Below, in pieces: positions 48,838 to 57,965 of a stretch of 64,000 nucleotides of DNA (its first letter is position 1; every line of letters starts with the position of its first letter). The DNA is from an uncultured Bacillota bacterium (lineage in GTDB: Bacteria > Bacillota > Dehalobacteriia > UBA4068 > UBA4997), in the NCBI GenBank assembly GCA_948907985.1, contig CAQWMM010000005.1:5-64004 (forward strand), in the 5' to 3' direction. The notes below the pieces were generated by a model, which did not search any database, had not been told where the DNA came from, and saw only the letters and a list, made by a program, of their open reading frames with translations. The position numbers and the translations under genes were made by a program.

Positions 48838-49596
48838 ATGGCAGTAATTTCTATGAAACAACTGCTGGAGGCCGGCGTTCATTTCGGCCACCAAACCAGA
48901 AGATGGAACCCTAAAATGGGGCGTTTTATCTTCACTGAAAGAAACGGTATCTACATTATTGACCTGCAAAAGACGGTTCACAAGGTGGACGAGGCTTATA
49001 ACTTTGTGAAATCGGTGGCCGCCGAGGGCAGGGATATTTTGTTTGTAGGCACCAAAAAGCAGGCGCAGGAGGCTATTAAAGACGAGGCTTTGCGTTGCGG
49101 TATGTATTATGTTAACGAACGCTGGCTGGGCGGCATGCTGACCAACTTTAACACCATCCAGGCCAGAATCCGCCGTTTGCGTGAACTGGAAAAAATGGAA
49201 GAAGACGGCACTTTTGACAAGCTGCCGAAAAAAGAAGTGGCGATGCTGAACCATGAAAAGGAAAAGCTAGAGCGTTTCCTGGGCGGCATTAAAGATATGA
49301 AGAAAAAGCCCGGCGCTATGTTCATTGTGGACCCCAGAAAGGAACGTATTGCTGTGGCCGAGGCTAAACGTTTGAATATTCCGATTGTGGCGATTGTGGA
49401 TACCAACTGCGATCCGGACGAGATTGATTATCCTATCCCCGGCAACGATGACGCTATTCGTGCCGTACGTTTGCTGACCGGCAAAATGGCCGACGCGGTG
49501 ATTGAGGGTAACCAGGGCGTTTCTATGGCGGAGGCTCCGGCGGCGGCTGAAGAACCCGCTGCTGCCGAGGCTGCGGAAGCACCGGCCGAGGCCTAG
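48838..49596 (+). CDS. rpsB: 30S ribosomal protein S2
   Basis: [30 protein letters not shown] 7 nt after AAAGGAGG. Acidic Ala-rich C-terminal tail. Confidence 0.95.
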   Translation: MAVISMKQLLEAGVHFGHQTRRWNPKMGRFIFTERNGIYIIDLQKTVHKVDEAYNFVKSVAAEGRDILFVGTKKQAQEAIKDEALRCGMYYVNERWLGGMLTNFNTIQARIRRLRELEKMEEDGTFDKLPKKEVAMLNHEKEKLERFLGGIKDMKKKPGAMFIVDPRKERIAVAEAKRLNIPIVAIVDTNCDPDEIDYPIPGNDDAIRAVRLLTGKMADAVIEGNQGVSMAEAPAAAEEPAAAEAAEAPAEA

Positions 49597-49622
49597 AATA
49601 TAACATTAGGAGGAATTAAGGC

Positions 49623-50534
49623 ATGATTAGTGCAGCAATGGTTAAAGAACTGCGCGAGAGAACCGGCGCAGGCATGATGGATTGTAAAAAAGCGCTGACC
49701 GAAACCAACGGCGATATGGAGGCGGCTATTGATTATCTGCGTGAGAAAGGTCTTTCGCAGGCTGCTAAAAAATCTGGCCGGATTGCCGCTGAGGGTATTG
49801 TCGGCTTGGGCTTTTCCGCTGACGGCCGGCAGGGCGCTATTGTGGAGGTAAACTCGGAAACCGACTTTGTGGCCAAGAATCAGGAATTTGTCGATATGGT
49901 AAATTCTTTTGTTCAGGTTATTTTGGATAATGATTTTGCCAATACGGACGAGCTGTTGGCAGGTAAACTGGGCGAGGGCACTGTGCGTGATGAACTGACC
50001 GCCAAAATTGCCAAAATCGGCGAGAATATGACGGTTCGCCGTTTTGCCAAGTTTGCTGAACCTGGTACCGTAACCGCCGGTTATGTGCACGGCGGCGGTA
50101 AGATCGGCGTTTTGGTGGAGTTTGCCACTGCGGCTGCCGATGTGGAAACCGTTAAGAGCATGGGCCGCGATGTGGCTATGCAGGTAGCCTCAATGAATCC
50201 GCAGTTTGTGGATGAAAACGGCGTTGATCCGGCTTATCTGGAGCGAGAAAAGAAGATTTTGGTACAGCAGGCTTTGAACGAGGGCAAACCGGCCGATATT
50301 GTGGAAAAAATGGTAGTTGGCCGCCTGAAGAAAGAGTTGAAAGAAACCTGCCTGTTGGAGCAGAAATTTGTTAAAGACGGCGATATTACAGTTGCCGATT
50401 ATGTTAAACAAATTGCTAAGGCTGTGGGCGCTGATGTGGCTGTTAAATCCTTTGTCCGCTATGAGGTGGGCGAGGGCATTGAAAAGCAGGTTGACGATTT
50501 GGCGGCTGAAGTTGCCAAAATGACTGCACAATAA
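49623..50534 (+). CDS. tsf: Elongation factor Ts
   Basis: MISAAMVKELRERTGAGMMDCKKAL UBA-like N-terminus; 303 aa. Confidence 0.95.
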   Translation: MISAAMVKELRERTGAGMMDCKKALTETNGDMEAAIDYLREKGLSQAAKKSGRIAAEGIVGLGFSADGRQGAIVEVNSETDFVAKNQEFVDMVNSFVQVILDNDFANTDELLAGKLGEGTVRDELTAKIAKIGENMTVRRFAKFAEPGTVTAGYVHGGGKIGVLVEFATAAADVETVKSMGRDVAMQVASMNPQFVDENGVDPAYLEREKKILVQQALNEGKPADIVEKMVVGRLKKELKETCLLEQKFVKDGDITVADYVKQIAKAVGADVAVKSFVRYEVGEGIEKQVDDLAAEVAKMTAQ

Positions 50535-50561
50535 GCTTAGCTGAATAGTTAAACAGATAAC

Positions 50562-50600
50562 AAAGCGGTAGGCCGGACTGGGGCATACCGCTTTTGTGTT
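50562..50600 (+). terminator. Rho-independent terminator after tsf
   Basis: aaagcggtaggccggactggggcataccgcttttgtgttt. Confidence 0.75.
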
Positions 50601-50625
50601 TGCATAATAGTTTTTTCGTTTTGAG

Positions 50626-51327
50626 GTGCTTAAATTGCGTTTTTCCAATCCGTTTGCCGATTTGTCTCGCTTTGAACTGCTGCTTTGGCTGGGTTCGATG
50701 GCGTTGATTTTGGCGGCCTTTGGGCTGGCCGGCGGTCGGGAGCCGCTGAATCTGCTTTCGTCGCTGTTGGGGGTTACCTCGCTGATTTTTATTTCCAAGG
50801 GCTATGTGTTTGGCGAGGTTTTAACGGTTTTTTTCTCGATATTATACGGCATTGTGTCGTACTTTTTTCATTATTATGGCGAAATGATAACCTTTATGGG
50901 GATGACCGGCCCGGTGGCCCTATTTTCAATTTTTGCCTGGCTGCGCCATCCTTATGCGGACAGCGGGGAGGTAGAGGTCAGCCGGCTTTCCCGGCGGCAG
51001 GCCTTGCTTTTGGCTGTGTTGGCTGTTGCGGTTACCGTTGTTTTTTATTTTATTTTGGGCGCGTTGGGCAACGCTAATCTGTTAGTCAGCACAATTTCGG
51101 TTACGGCCAGCTTTGTGGCCTCCAGTCTGGCCTTTTTGCGCAGTCCGTATTATGCGCTGGTTTATGCGGTCAACGATTTGATTTTGATTGTGTTATGGCT
51201 GCTGGCAACTCTGGAAAGCGTGGCCTATTTACCCATGACGGCCTGCTTTGTTACTTTCTTTTTCAATGATCTGTATGGTTTTTATAACTGGCGGCGGATG
51301 CAGCATCGGCAGTCTGTTGCGCCTTAG
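50626..51327 (+). CDS. pnuC: Nicotinamide riboside/NMN transporter PnuC family
   Basis: 233 aa, about 7 TM; PnuC-like helix pattern including the W-rich C-terminal segment. GTG start. Confidence 0.65.
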   Translation: MLKLRFSNPFADLSRFELLLWLGSMALILAAFGLAGGREPLNLLSSLLGVTSLIFISKGYVFGEVLTVFFSILYGIVSYFFHYYGEMITFMGMTGPVALFSIFAWLRHPYADSGEVEVSRLSRRQALLLAVLAVAVTVVFYFILGALGNANLLVSTISVTASFVASSLAFLRSPYYALVYAVNDLILIVLWLLATLESVAYLPMTACFVTFFFNDLYGFYNWRRMQHRQSVAP

Positions 51328-52477
51328 AGCGGCGCCTGCGGTGTGAAGATGCTGTCTGATTAACATTTTGCGGCTGCCGCCATTTTACCGTAACTTTTAT
51401 TCCTTTTCTTTCTACTACAAAATGCAGGGAGCTTTGAACGTTGCGGCCCAGCTGCCAGCTGGCGCGTTCTGGCTGCTGTTGGCATGGCAGGACAATTTCC
51501 TGATAGAAAAGCTCGATAATGGCGGCAGGGTCCGGCTGGGCCTGGGCGATGGCGGTCAGCTGGCGGTAGGGGCGCGAGGTTTGCGGCAGCAGCCGGCGCA
51601 TAATCAGCAGCAGACCGACCAGGCAGTAGCCGATTACCACTAAAATGATTAGCAGCAGGAAAACGACTCCTGTCAATTCATCGCCGCTTAATTTGCTCAA
51701 ATCCGGCCAGCCGCCGTATTCGTCCCAAATAATCCAGCCAAAAAAGCCGGCGACGCTGAAACCAAAGATAAACAGGCAAACCCCCAGCGCCAAATAATCG
51801 GTGGTTAAATATTGCTGCGCCTGTTTTTCATAGAAGCTTTGCTTATCTAAATAATCGTCTGGGTTGGGCAGCGGGCGGCGGCGCTCATAAAGCAACGTGC
51901 CAATCAACAGGCCGCAAAAAAGCACAAAATTTTTGAAAATTATCATAAACAGGCCATAAATTGGGAATTTTACCCAAAATGTGCTGGCCAGACAAAGGTG
52001 GAGGATCGTAAAGGGGAAGTTATCAATCAGCAGGCCGCCGTATAGCACCAGCAGGGCCAGCGCGGTGATAATTTCCAGCCCAAAAGTCAGCAGCCATTCG
52101 GAGAGCCGGGGACGATAGAGCAGAGAGTAGGCCAGGGTGAGCAGGGCAAACAGGCCGACCCAGCCCAGAGTTTCGTAGACAAAATCATAGCTTAGCGTGC
52201 TTTCCACCAGGTGCAGCATTTCCGTCGCGCTCCAATAGCTGGAGAAAAAGGCGCCGAAGACGATACTGGCCGCGATTATGTAGGTGCCGCCTATAACCAT
52301 GGGGATCAGACTGGCCATAACTTTCAGCAGCAGTGAGCGCCGGCGCATAGCGCCAAACAGGGTGCGCAACACAAAAAAGGCTGAGGCAAAGGTTTGCGCC
52401 AACACCAGAAAAAGACTGTTGGCATAACCAACGCCGCCCAGCAAAATGGCGATAAACAGATTAAAAGCCTGCATTTT
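51263..52477 (-). CDS. Polytopic membrane protein with soluble C-terminal domain, unknown function
   Basis: About 404 aa; many hydrophobic helices; ATG preceded by AGGAGA. 65-nt convergent overlap with pnuC. Confidence 0.5.
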   Translation of the reverse strand, partial: KMQAFNLFIAILLGGVGYANSLFLVLAQTFASAFFVLRTLFGAMRRRSLLLKVMASLIPMVIGGTYIIAASIVFGAFFSSYWSATEMLHLVESTLSYDFVYETLGWVGLFALLTLAYSLLYRPRLSEWLLTFGLEIITALALLVLYGGLLIDNFPFTILHLCLASTFWVKFPIYGLFMIIFKNFVLFCGLLIGTLLYERRRPLPNPDDYLDKQSFYEKQAQQYLTTDYLALGVCLFIFGFSVAGFFGWIIWDEYGGWPDLSKLSGDELTGVVFLLLIILVVIGYCLVGLLLIMRRLLPQTSRPYRQLTAIAQAQPDPAAIIELFYQEIVLPCQQQPERASWQLGRNVQSSLHFVVERKGIKVTVKWRQPQNVNQTASSHRRRRSKAQQTADAASAASYKNHTDH

Positions 52478-52614
52478 CTTGTTCTCCTGTATATTGCATT
52501 TGTTTATATTAATTATAACATAAAAAAAAGAAAAAAACAGGTGCAATAAGAAAAATTATGTGTTATACTAAATTAAAGGCTTTTATTTTGAATATTTGGA
52601 GGAGGTTTTTTATT

Positions 52615-53415
52615 ATGGGGTTTTTGCAGGGTAAGACGGCGATTATTACTGGCGCAGGCCGGGCGGTTCTTAGCGATGGGCGCTGTGGTTCTATCGGCTA
52701 TGGCATTGCCACCGCCTATGCCAAGGAGGGCGCTAATCTGGTGATAACCGGGCGCAATGTCCAGAAGTTGCAGGACGCTAAAGAGGAACTGGAGAGGCTT
52801 TATGGAATTGAGGTTTTGACCGTGGCGGCAGACGTTAACGCCAAGGCGGATAATAAAGCGGTGGTGGCGGAAGTTGTGCGCCAGACTATGGAAAAATTTG
52901 GCAGGATCGACGTGTTGATTAATAACGCGCAGGCCTCGGCCTCTGGCGTTACGCTGGCCGATCATACTACCGAGCAGTTCGATTTGGCAATTTATTCAGG
53001 CCTTTATGCCGCCTTTTATTATATGCAGGCCTGTTATCCGCATTTGGTGGAAACTAAAGGTGCGGTTATCAACTTCGCTTCCGGCGCCGGTCTGTTCGGC
53101 AATTTTGGGCAATGCGCCTATGCGGCGGCCAAAGAGGGTATTCGCGGCCTGACGCGTGTGGCGGCCACCGAGTGGGCCAAGGACGGCGTTAATGTGAATA
53201 TTATCTGCCCGCTGGCCTGGACTGCCCAGTTGGAGGGTTTTGCTAATCAGTACCCAGAGGCTTTTAAAGCCAATGTTAAGATGCCTCCGGCCGGCCATTA
53301 CGGCGACGCTGAATTGGAAATTGGCCGCGTTTGCGTGCAGCTGGCCTCGCCGGACTTTAAGTATATGACTGGTGAAACAATTACGCTGGAGGGCGGCATG
53401 GGCCAGCGTCCGTAG
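52615..53415 (+). CDS. SDR-family oxidoreductase
   Basis: TAIITGAGRAV Rossmann motif; NNAQ; YAAAK catalytic YxxxK. Confidence 0.85.
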   Translation: MGFLQGKTAIITGAGRAVLSDGRCGSIGYGIATAYAKEGANLVITGRNVQKLQDAKEELERLYGIEVLTVAADVNAKADNKAVVAEVVRQTMEKFGRIDVLINNAQASASGVTLADHTTEQFDLAIYSGLYAAFYYMQACYPHLVETKGAVINFASGAGLFGNFGQCAYAAAKEGIRGLTRVAATEWAKDGVNVNIICPLAWTAQLEGFANQYPEAFKANVKMPPAGHYGDAELEIGRVCVQLASPDFKYMTGETITLEGGMGQRP

Positions 53416-53693
53416 GCTGTAAAAATTTTAAAATTTATTTAAATAGAAGTTTTAAAGCAGGCGCTGATTAATGGCGTCTGCTTTTATCCGCTGGCCGGTG
53501 TTATTATCAGGTTGGGCGGCAAAATTTTTTGCGAAAATTGCCTTGGAAAATCTTCAACTGACTTGCTTTTTTTCACAGGATAAAGCCAGCTTGCTTTGGT
53601 TATGGTATAGATACAGGCGTTGACGACTGGGACGCCTGTGTTAAATGCCAGATGGGGAGGTGTTACAAAAGCAAGCTCAAAGGAGGTGTTAGT

Positions 53694-54755
53694 TTGTTTC
53701 AGACAAATTTTGGCAAAAAATTTGTGTGTTCCCTGCGTTCAAGCATAGTTTTTACGGCTTTGCTGGTTTCTATGCTTATTTCTGGTTTATTAACGCCGCA
53801 AATTTCCTGGGCCTATGACGTGCTGGCGGGCGGCCAATCTCTGGGCATCGTTTTAAAAAGCGAGGGCGCGATTGTGGTGGGCTTTACGCCGGTGCAGACG
53901 GCTGACGGCCGGGAATTATATCCGGCCAAAGAGGCCGGCGTGGAAATTGAGGATATGCTGATTGCTATTAACGACCAGCAGGTGAGTTATAATCAGGAAG
54001 TGGCCGATTTGATCGACGAACTGGGGCGCAGCGGCCAGCCTGTTGAGTTGACTCTGCGGCGCGGCGGCGCGCTGAAAAAGCTGGCGGTGGAACCGGCCCT
54101 GTGCGCGGAAAGCGGTACCTGGCGTATCGGCCTTTATATCCGCGACGCTAACGCCGGCATTGGCACGCTGACCTTTTATGACCCCGCCACCGGCGCTTAT
54201 GGCGCGCTGGGGCACCGGGTGGAAGATAACAGCGAAGAGGGCGCGGATGTGTTGGGCCGCGTGCTGGCGGCAAGGGTTCAGTATGTGCAGAACAGCGCGC
54301 CCGGCGAACCGGGCGAAAAAGTGGGCGTTTTTGACAGCGAAAGCCTGAACGGTTCAATTAACAAAAACTGTGATCTGGGTATTTACGGCTTGTTGGAACA
54401 GCCGGTGAGCAATTCGCTTTATCCGCAGCTTTTACCGGTGGCCGACGCTTCCGAGGTTAAACCTGGGCCTGCCACTATGCTGACGGTTTTGGAGGGCGAA
54501 AAGCTGGAAGAGTTCGCCATAGAAATTACCAGGGTTTCGCCCCAAAAACACGCCGCTGATAAGGGCATGGTGATTAAAATTACTGACGAGCGTCTTTTGG
54601 CCGAGGCCGGCGGTATCGTGCAGGGAATGTCCGGCAGCCCGATTATTCAGAACGGAAAACTGGTTGGGGCGGTTACGCACGTTTTTGTGAATGACGCCAG
54701 CTCCGGATACGCCTGTTTTGCGGAATGGATGCTGGAGGAGGCCCAAAGTTTGTAG
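53694..54755 (+). CDS. spoIVB: Stage IV sporulation protein B (SpoIVB, peptidase S55, PDZ + serine protease)
   Basis: GIGTLTFYDPATGAYGALGH hallmark; PDZ segment; C-terminal GMSGSPI serine motif. TTG 6 nt after AAAGGAGGTG. Confidence 0.9.
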   Translation: MFQTNFGKKFVCSLRSSIVFTALLVSMLISGLLTPQISWAYDVLAGGQSLGIVLKSEGAIVVGFTPVQTADGRELYPAKEAGVEIEDMLIAINDQQVSYNQEVADLIDELGRSGQPVELTLRRGGALKKLAVEPALCAESGTWRIGLYIRDANAGIGTLTFYDPATGAYGALGHRVEDNSEEGADVLGRVLAARVQYVQNSAPGEPGEKVGVFDSESLNGSINKNCDLGIYGLLEQPVSNSLYPQLLPVADASEVKPGPATMLTVLEGEKLEEFAIEITRVSPQKHAADKGMVIKITDERLLAEAGGIVQGMSGSPIIQNGKLVGAVTHVFVNDASSGYACFAEWMLEEAQSL

Positions 54756-54899
54756 TTTGTTCATCTTTGGCTGGGTGGCCGGAAAAAATCCGGCGGCCCG
54801 GCCGTTACTTAAAAGTCAGATAATGCAGGCTGCTGTGGTTTTAAGTTGAACGCCGCTGAATAAAGCTGATTGCCGCTGAATGGTGTTGAGATATGCAGC

Positions 54900-55090
54900 T
54901 TGTGGAAAAAAAATTGTATTGTGGAAAAAAGTTTGAAAACTTTTGTCGATTTGGTGGAAAAAAAATGTTGAAGTCTGGATTATGCTGTTAGATTTTTTTC
55001 CTTACTGTCGAATAGAGCAAAATAATACCGAAAAAAGTCTGACTTTTGCATATAAGCGGTAGAGGAAAGTCTTTAGGGATGTCGAAAACT
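54900..55090 (+). promoter_or_regulatory. spo0A control region: three Spo0A-box-like TGTCGAA/T elements, triple GTGGAAAAAA direct repeat, candidate sigma-H-type promoter
   Basis: TGTCGAT 54944-50; TGTCGAA 55006-12; TGTCGAA 55080-86. GTGGAAAAAA at 54902, 54921, 54954. AGAGGAAAG (55061-69) followed by GTCGAAAA. Confidence 0.5.
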
Positions 55091-55224
55091 TTATTACAGG
55101 ATTAATCCTCAAAAATATTTTTAATTTATATTAAAAGCTACTTAATAGGCCTCTAAGGTATAAAATGAAACAATAACTTTTCAGGACTGAAACTCATGGT
55201 AGCATTTGGAAAGGAAATGAGATT

Positions 55225-56007
55225 ATGATGGGCGAAAATGGCAAGAAAAAAATTAATGTAATGCTGGCGGATGACAACCGGAGTTTCTGCGCTGAACTTA
55301 AGGAATTTTGGGATATGCAGGAAAACATAAACGTCTGCGGTATTATGAACAATGGCGAACAAGTGCTGGAACAGCTGGAAACCCTGAGGCCGGATATTAT
55401 TGTTTTGGATGTGGTTATGCCTAAAGTGGACGGCTTCGGCGTGCTGGAGGCTATCCGGGAACTGCCGGAGCAGCAGCGCCCGCAGGTGGTGGTGCTGTCG
55501 GGCCTGATGCAGGACGATATTATGCGCAGGGCTATTGAACTGGGCGCAAAATATTATATGATGAAACCAATTGATTTTCAGGTTTTAACCAACCGCATAC
55601 TTTCGCTGATGTCGGCCCCGGTTAAGGCAACCACCGGGTTCTCGCCGATGGTGCGCAACCTGGATATCGAGGTTACCAGGGTTATTCAGCAAATGGGCGT
55701 GCCGGCGCACGTTAAAGGCTATCAGTATGTGCGTGATGCGATCATTTTAGTGGTGGAGGAAATGAACCTGCTGGGCGCTGTTACCAAAGAACTTTACCCG
55801 CTGATTGCTGAAAAATACAACACCACCGCCAGCCGGGTGGAGCGGGCGATTCGCCATGCAATAGAACTGGCCTGGGACCGGGGCAATGTGGATATGATGA
55901 ACAAATTCTTTGGTTATACGGTGAACATGGAGCGCGGCAAGCCGACCAACAGCGAATTTATTGCCATGGTGGCCGATCGCCTGCGGATTGGGGAAAAAGT
56001 AATCTAG
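55225..56007 (+). CDS. spo0A: Sporulation master regulator Spo0A
   Basis: Receiver domain (VMLADDNR...DVVMPKVDG). C-terminal Spo0A_C with [20 protein letters not shown] and [15 protein letters not shown], near-identical to the Bacillus consensus. Confidence 0.97.
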   Translation: MMGENGKKKINVMLADDNRSFCAELKEFWDMQENINVCGIMNNGEQVLEQLETLRPDIIVLDVVMPKVDGFGVLEAIRELPEQQRPQVVVLSGLMQDDIMRRAIELGAKYYMMKPIDFQVLTNRILSLMSAPVKATTGFSPMVRNLDIEVTRVIQQMGVPAHVKGYQYVRDAIILVVEEMNLLGAVTKELYPLIAEKYNTTASRVERAIRHAIELAWDRGNVDMMNKFFGYTVNMERGKPTNSEFIAMVADRLRIGEKVI

Positions 56008-56064
56008 TAAAAATAATTTATTAAAAATAATTTTAAAATTAATTTGAATTGATTATAGAATTTT

Positions 56065-56098
56065 GAGCGTCCCAAAGGCCGGGGACGCTCATTTTTTC
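56065..56098 (+). terminator. Rho-independent terminator after spo0A
   Basis: gagcgtcccaaaggccggggacgctc + attttttcc. Confidence 0.75.
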
Positions 56099-56155
56099 CA
56101 TATTGCGGCATATCTTTTAAAGCCTAAATTTATCTGTTGTGGGAGGGACTTTGCA

Positions 56156-56623
56156 ATGATTATGCTGACTGTTACCAAGCCGCGCCGTAAACTGAAAAAG
56201 TTGTTGAAAGGCGGCGCTTTGCTGCTGCTGTTGGGGGTGGTGGTGCCGGGGATTTATTATAGCCTGCAAACGGTGGGTGCGATGAGCCTGTTTGTGGCGG
56301 AGGATGAAACGGCGCAGGTTGAGCAGAGCACACCGGCTGAACCGGCTGAACCGCAGGCACAGACCGGGAGTGAAGAAACAATGGCGGCGGATTCTGGCGC
56401 GGAGAACGATAATGCCGGTGAAGAAGAAAATAATGAGGAACAAATTGATGAAACGCAAGTTAATGCGGAGCAGGCCGCCGCTGCTGACACTGCCGAAAAT
56501 CCGGCTGAAGATTCGGCTGGGGAACTGACCGCAGAGCAAAAGGGCGGCGGGCTGTGGGCCGCTTTGCAGGCGGTGTTGTTTGGGGAAAAAGCGCAGGTGA
56601 TACCTTACGCGCCGGGCAGTTGA
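56156..56623 (+). CDS. Membrane-anchored, highly acidic low-complexity protein
   Basis: One N-terminal TM helix, then an E/A/Q/D-rich disordered tail. ATG 8 nt after GGGAGGGA. The track ORF begins at an upstream TTG inside the terminator. Confidence 0.5.
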   Translation: MIMLTVTKPRRKLKKLLKGGALLLLLGVVVPGIYYSLQTVGAMSLFVAEDETAQVEQSTPAEPAEPQAQTGSEETMAADSGAENDNAGEEENNEEQIDETQVNAEQAAAADTAENPAEDSAGELTAEQKGGGLWAALQAVLFGEKAQVIPYAPGS

Positions 56624-56749
56624 CAGCGCCGCCCGCCTTGAGCGGCGAAAAAACTAAAAAAGCAGGAGATGAACAATTTTTCACGAATTAAGCATATAAG
56701 AAACGCCCTAACGGCAAAATTAAAATTAAGGCTAAGGGAGTTGATTTAT

Positions 56750-57964
56750 ATGGCTGAAAAAAATTTAGCGGAAAAAAGAGTGATTTTGATTGTTCTGGAC
56801 AGCGTGGGCGCTGGCGAGGCCCCGGACGCGGCGGCCTACGGCGACGCGGGCAGCAACACGCTGGGCCATATTGCGGAGGCGCTGGGCGGGCTGAACTTGC
56901 CCAACCTGCAAAAAATGGGCCTGGGCAATATTTTGCCTTTGCGGGGCGTGGCCCCTCAGGCCGCGCCGAAAGCCGCCTTTGGCCGGATGCAGGAGGTTTC
57001 CTGCGGCAAGGATACCACCGCCGGTCATTGGGAACTGGCCGGAACGCCGCTGCTGCGGCCCCTGCCCACTTATCCCGACGGTTTTCCGGCTTCTTTGCTG
57101 GCCGAGTTTGAACGCCGGATTGGCCGGGGCACGCTGGGCAATGTTCCGGCCTCTGGGACGGTGATTATTCAGGAGTTGGGCGAGGAGCATATGCGCACCG
57201 GCCAGCCGATTGTTTATACCTCGGCGGACAGTGTTTTCCAGATTGCGGCGCACGAGCAGGTGATCCCGCCGGAACAGCTTTATGAGATGTGCGGGATTGC
57301 CCGCCGCCTGCTGGTGGGCGAACACGGCGTTGGGCGGGTGATCGCCCGGCCCTTTGTCGGCGAGCCGGGCCATTTTAGCCGCACCGAGAGGCGGCGCGAT
57401 TTTTCGCTGCTGCCGCCGGACGGTAATCTGCTGGCCGCCGTGCAGGCGGCAGGCCTGCCGGTGGTGGCGATTGGCAAAATTCACGATATTTTTGCGGATC
57501 AAAATATTGATTTCAGTTATCCGACTTCTGATAACGCGGACGGTATGGTGAAAATTTTGGCCGCTGTGGACAAGCACTCCGCCGGTTTGATTTGGGCTAA
57601 TCTGGTCGATTTCGATATGCTTTATGGGCACCGTAACGACGCTGCCGGTTATGGGGCGGCGCTGGAGGCTTTCGACGCCTGGCTGCCGCGGCTGCTGGCG
57701 GCTCTGCGCCCGGCTGATTTGCTGCTGATTACGGCTGACCACGGCAATGATCCGACAACGCCCAGCACCGACCATTCCCGCGAGTATGTGCCGGTGTTGG
57801 CTTATGGCGAGCCAGCGGCGGCCGGGATTGATTTGGGCGTGCGCTCCTGCTTTGCGGATTTGGGGGCGACGGCGGCGGAATATCTGGGCGCGCCCGAACT
57901 GCCCGCCGGGCGTAGTTTTTTGGCGGATATAACTAAAGTTGGCGGCGCGGCAAGGGGTGAATAA
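56750..57964 (+). CDS. deoB: Phosphopentomutase
   Basis: [32 protein letters not shown] (alkaline-phosphatase-like Mn site). Start is approximate (±2 nt); my hand read of the printed bases near 56700 shows a frame break not present in the ORF track. Confidence 0.9.
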   Translation: MAEKNLAEKRVILIVLDSVGAGEAPDAAAYGDAGSNTLGHIAEALGGLNLPNLQKMGLGNILPLRGVAPQAAPKAAFGRMQEVSCGKDTTAGHWELAGTPLLRPLPTYPDGFPASLLAEFERRIGRGTLGNVPASGTVIIQELGEEHMRTGQPIVYTSADSVFQIAAHEQVIPPEQLYEMCGIARRLLVGEHGVGRVIARPFVGEPGHFSRTERRRDFSLLPPDGNLLAAVQAAGLPVVAIGKIHDIFADQNIDFSYPTSDNADGMVKILAAVDKHSAGLIWANLVDFDMLYGHRNDAAGYGAALEAFDAWLPRLLAALRPADLLLITADHGNDPTTPSTDHSREYVPVLAYGEPAAAGIDLGVRSCFADLGATAAEYLGAPELPAGRSFLADITKVGGAARGE

Positions 57965-57965
57965 T

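Noticed and set aside
54900-54965. GTGGAAAAAA triple repeat as a possible CRISPR or mini-array
   Set aside because: 10-nt units with irregular 9-23 nt spacing in a promoter region. No cas genes and no leader. Interpreted as regulatory direct repeats.
56063-56155. Upstream TTG start of the post-spo0A ORF
   Set aside because: It would place the start codon inside the spo0A terminator hairpin. An ATG with a GGGAGGGA RBS at 56156 is a far better start.
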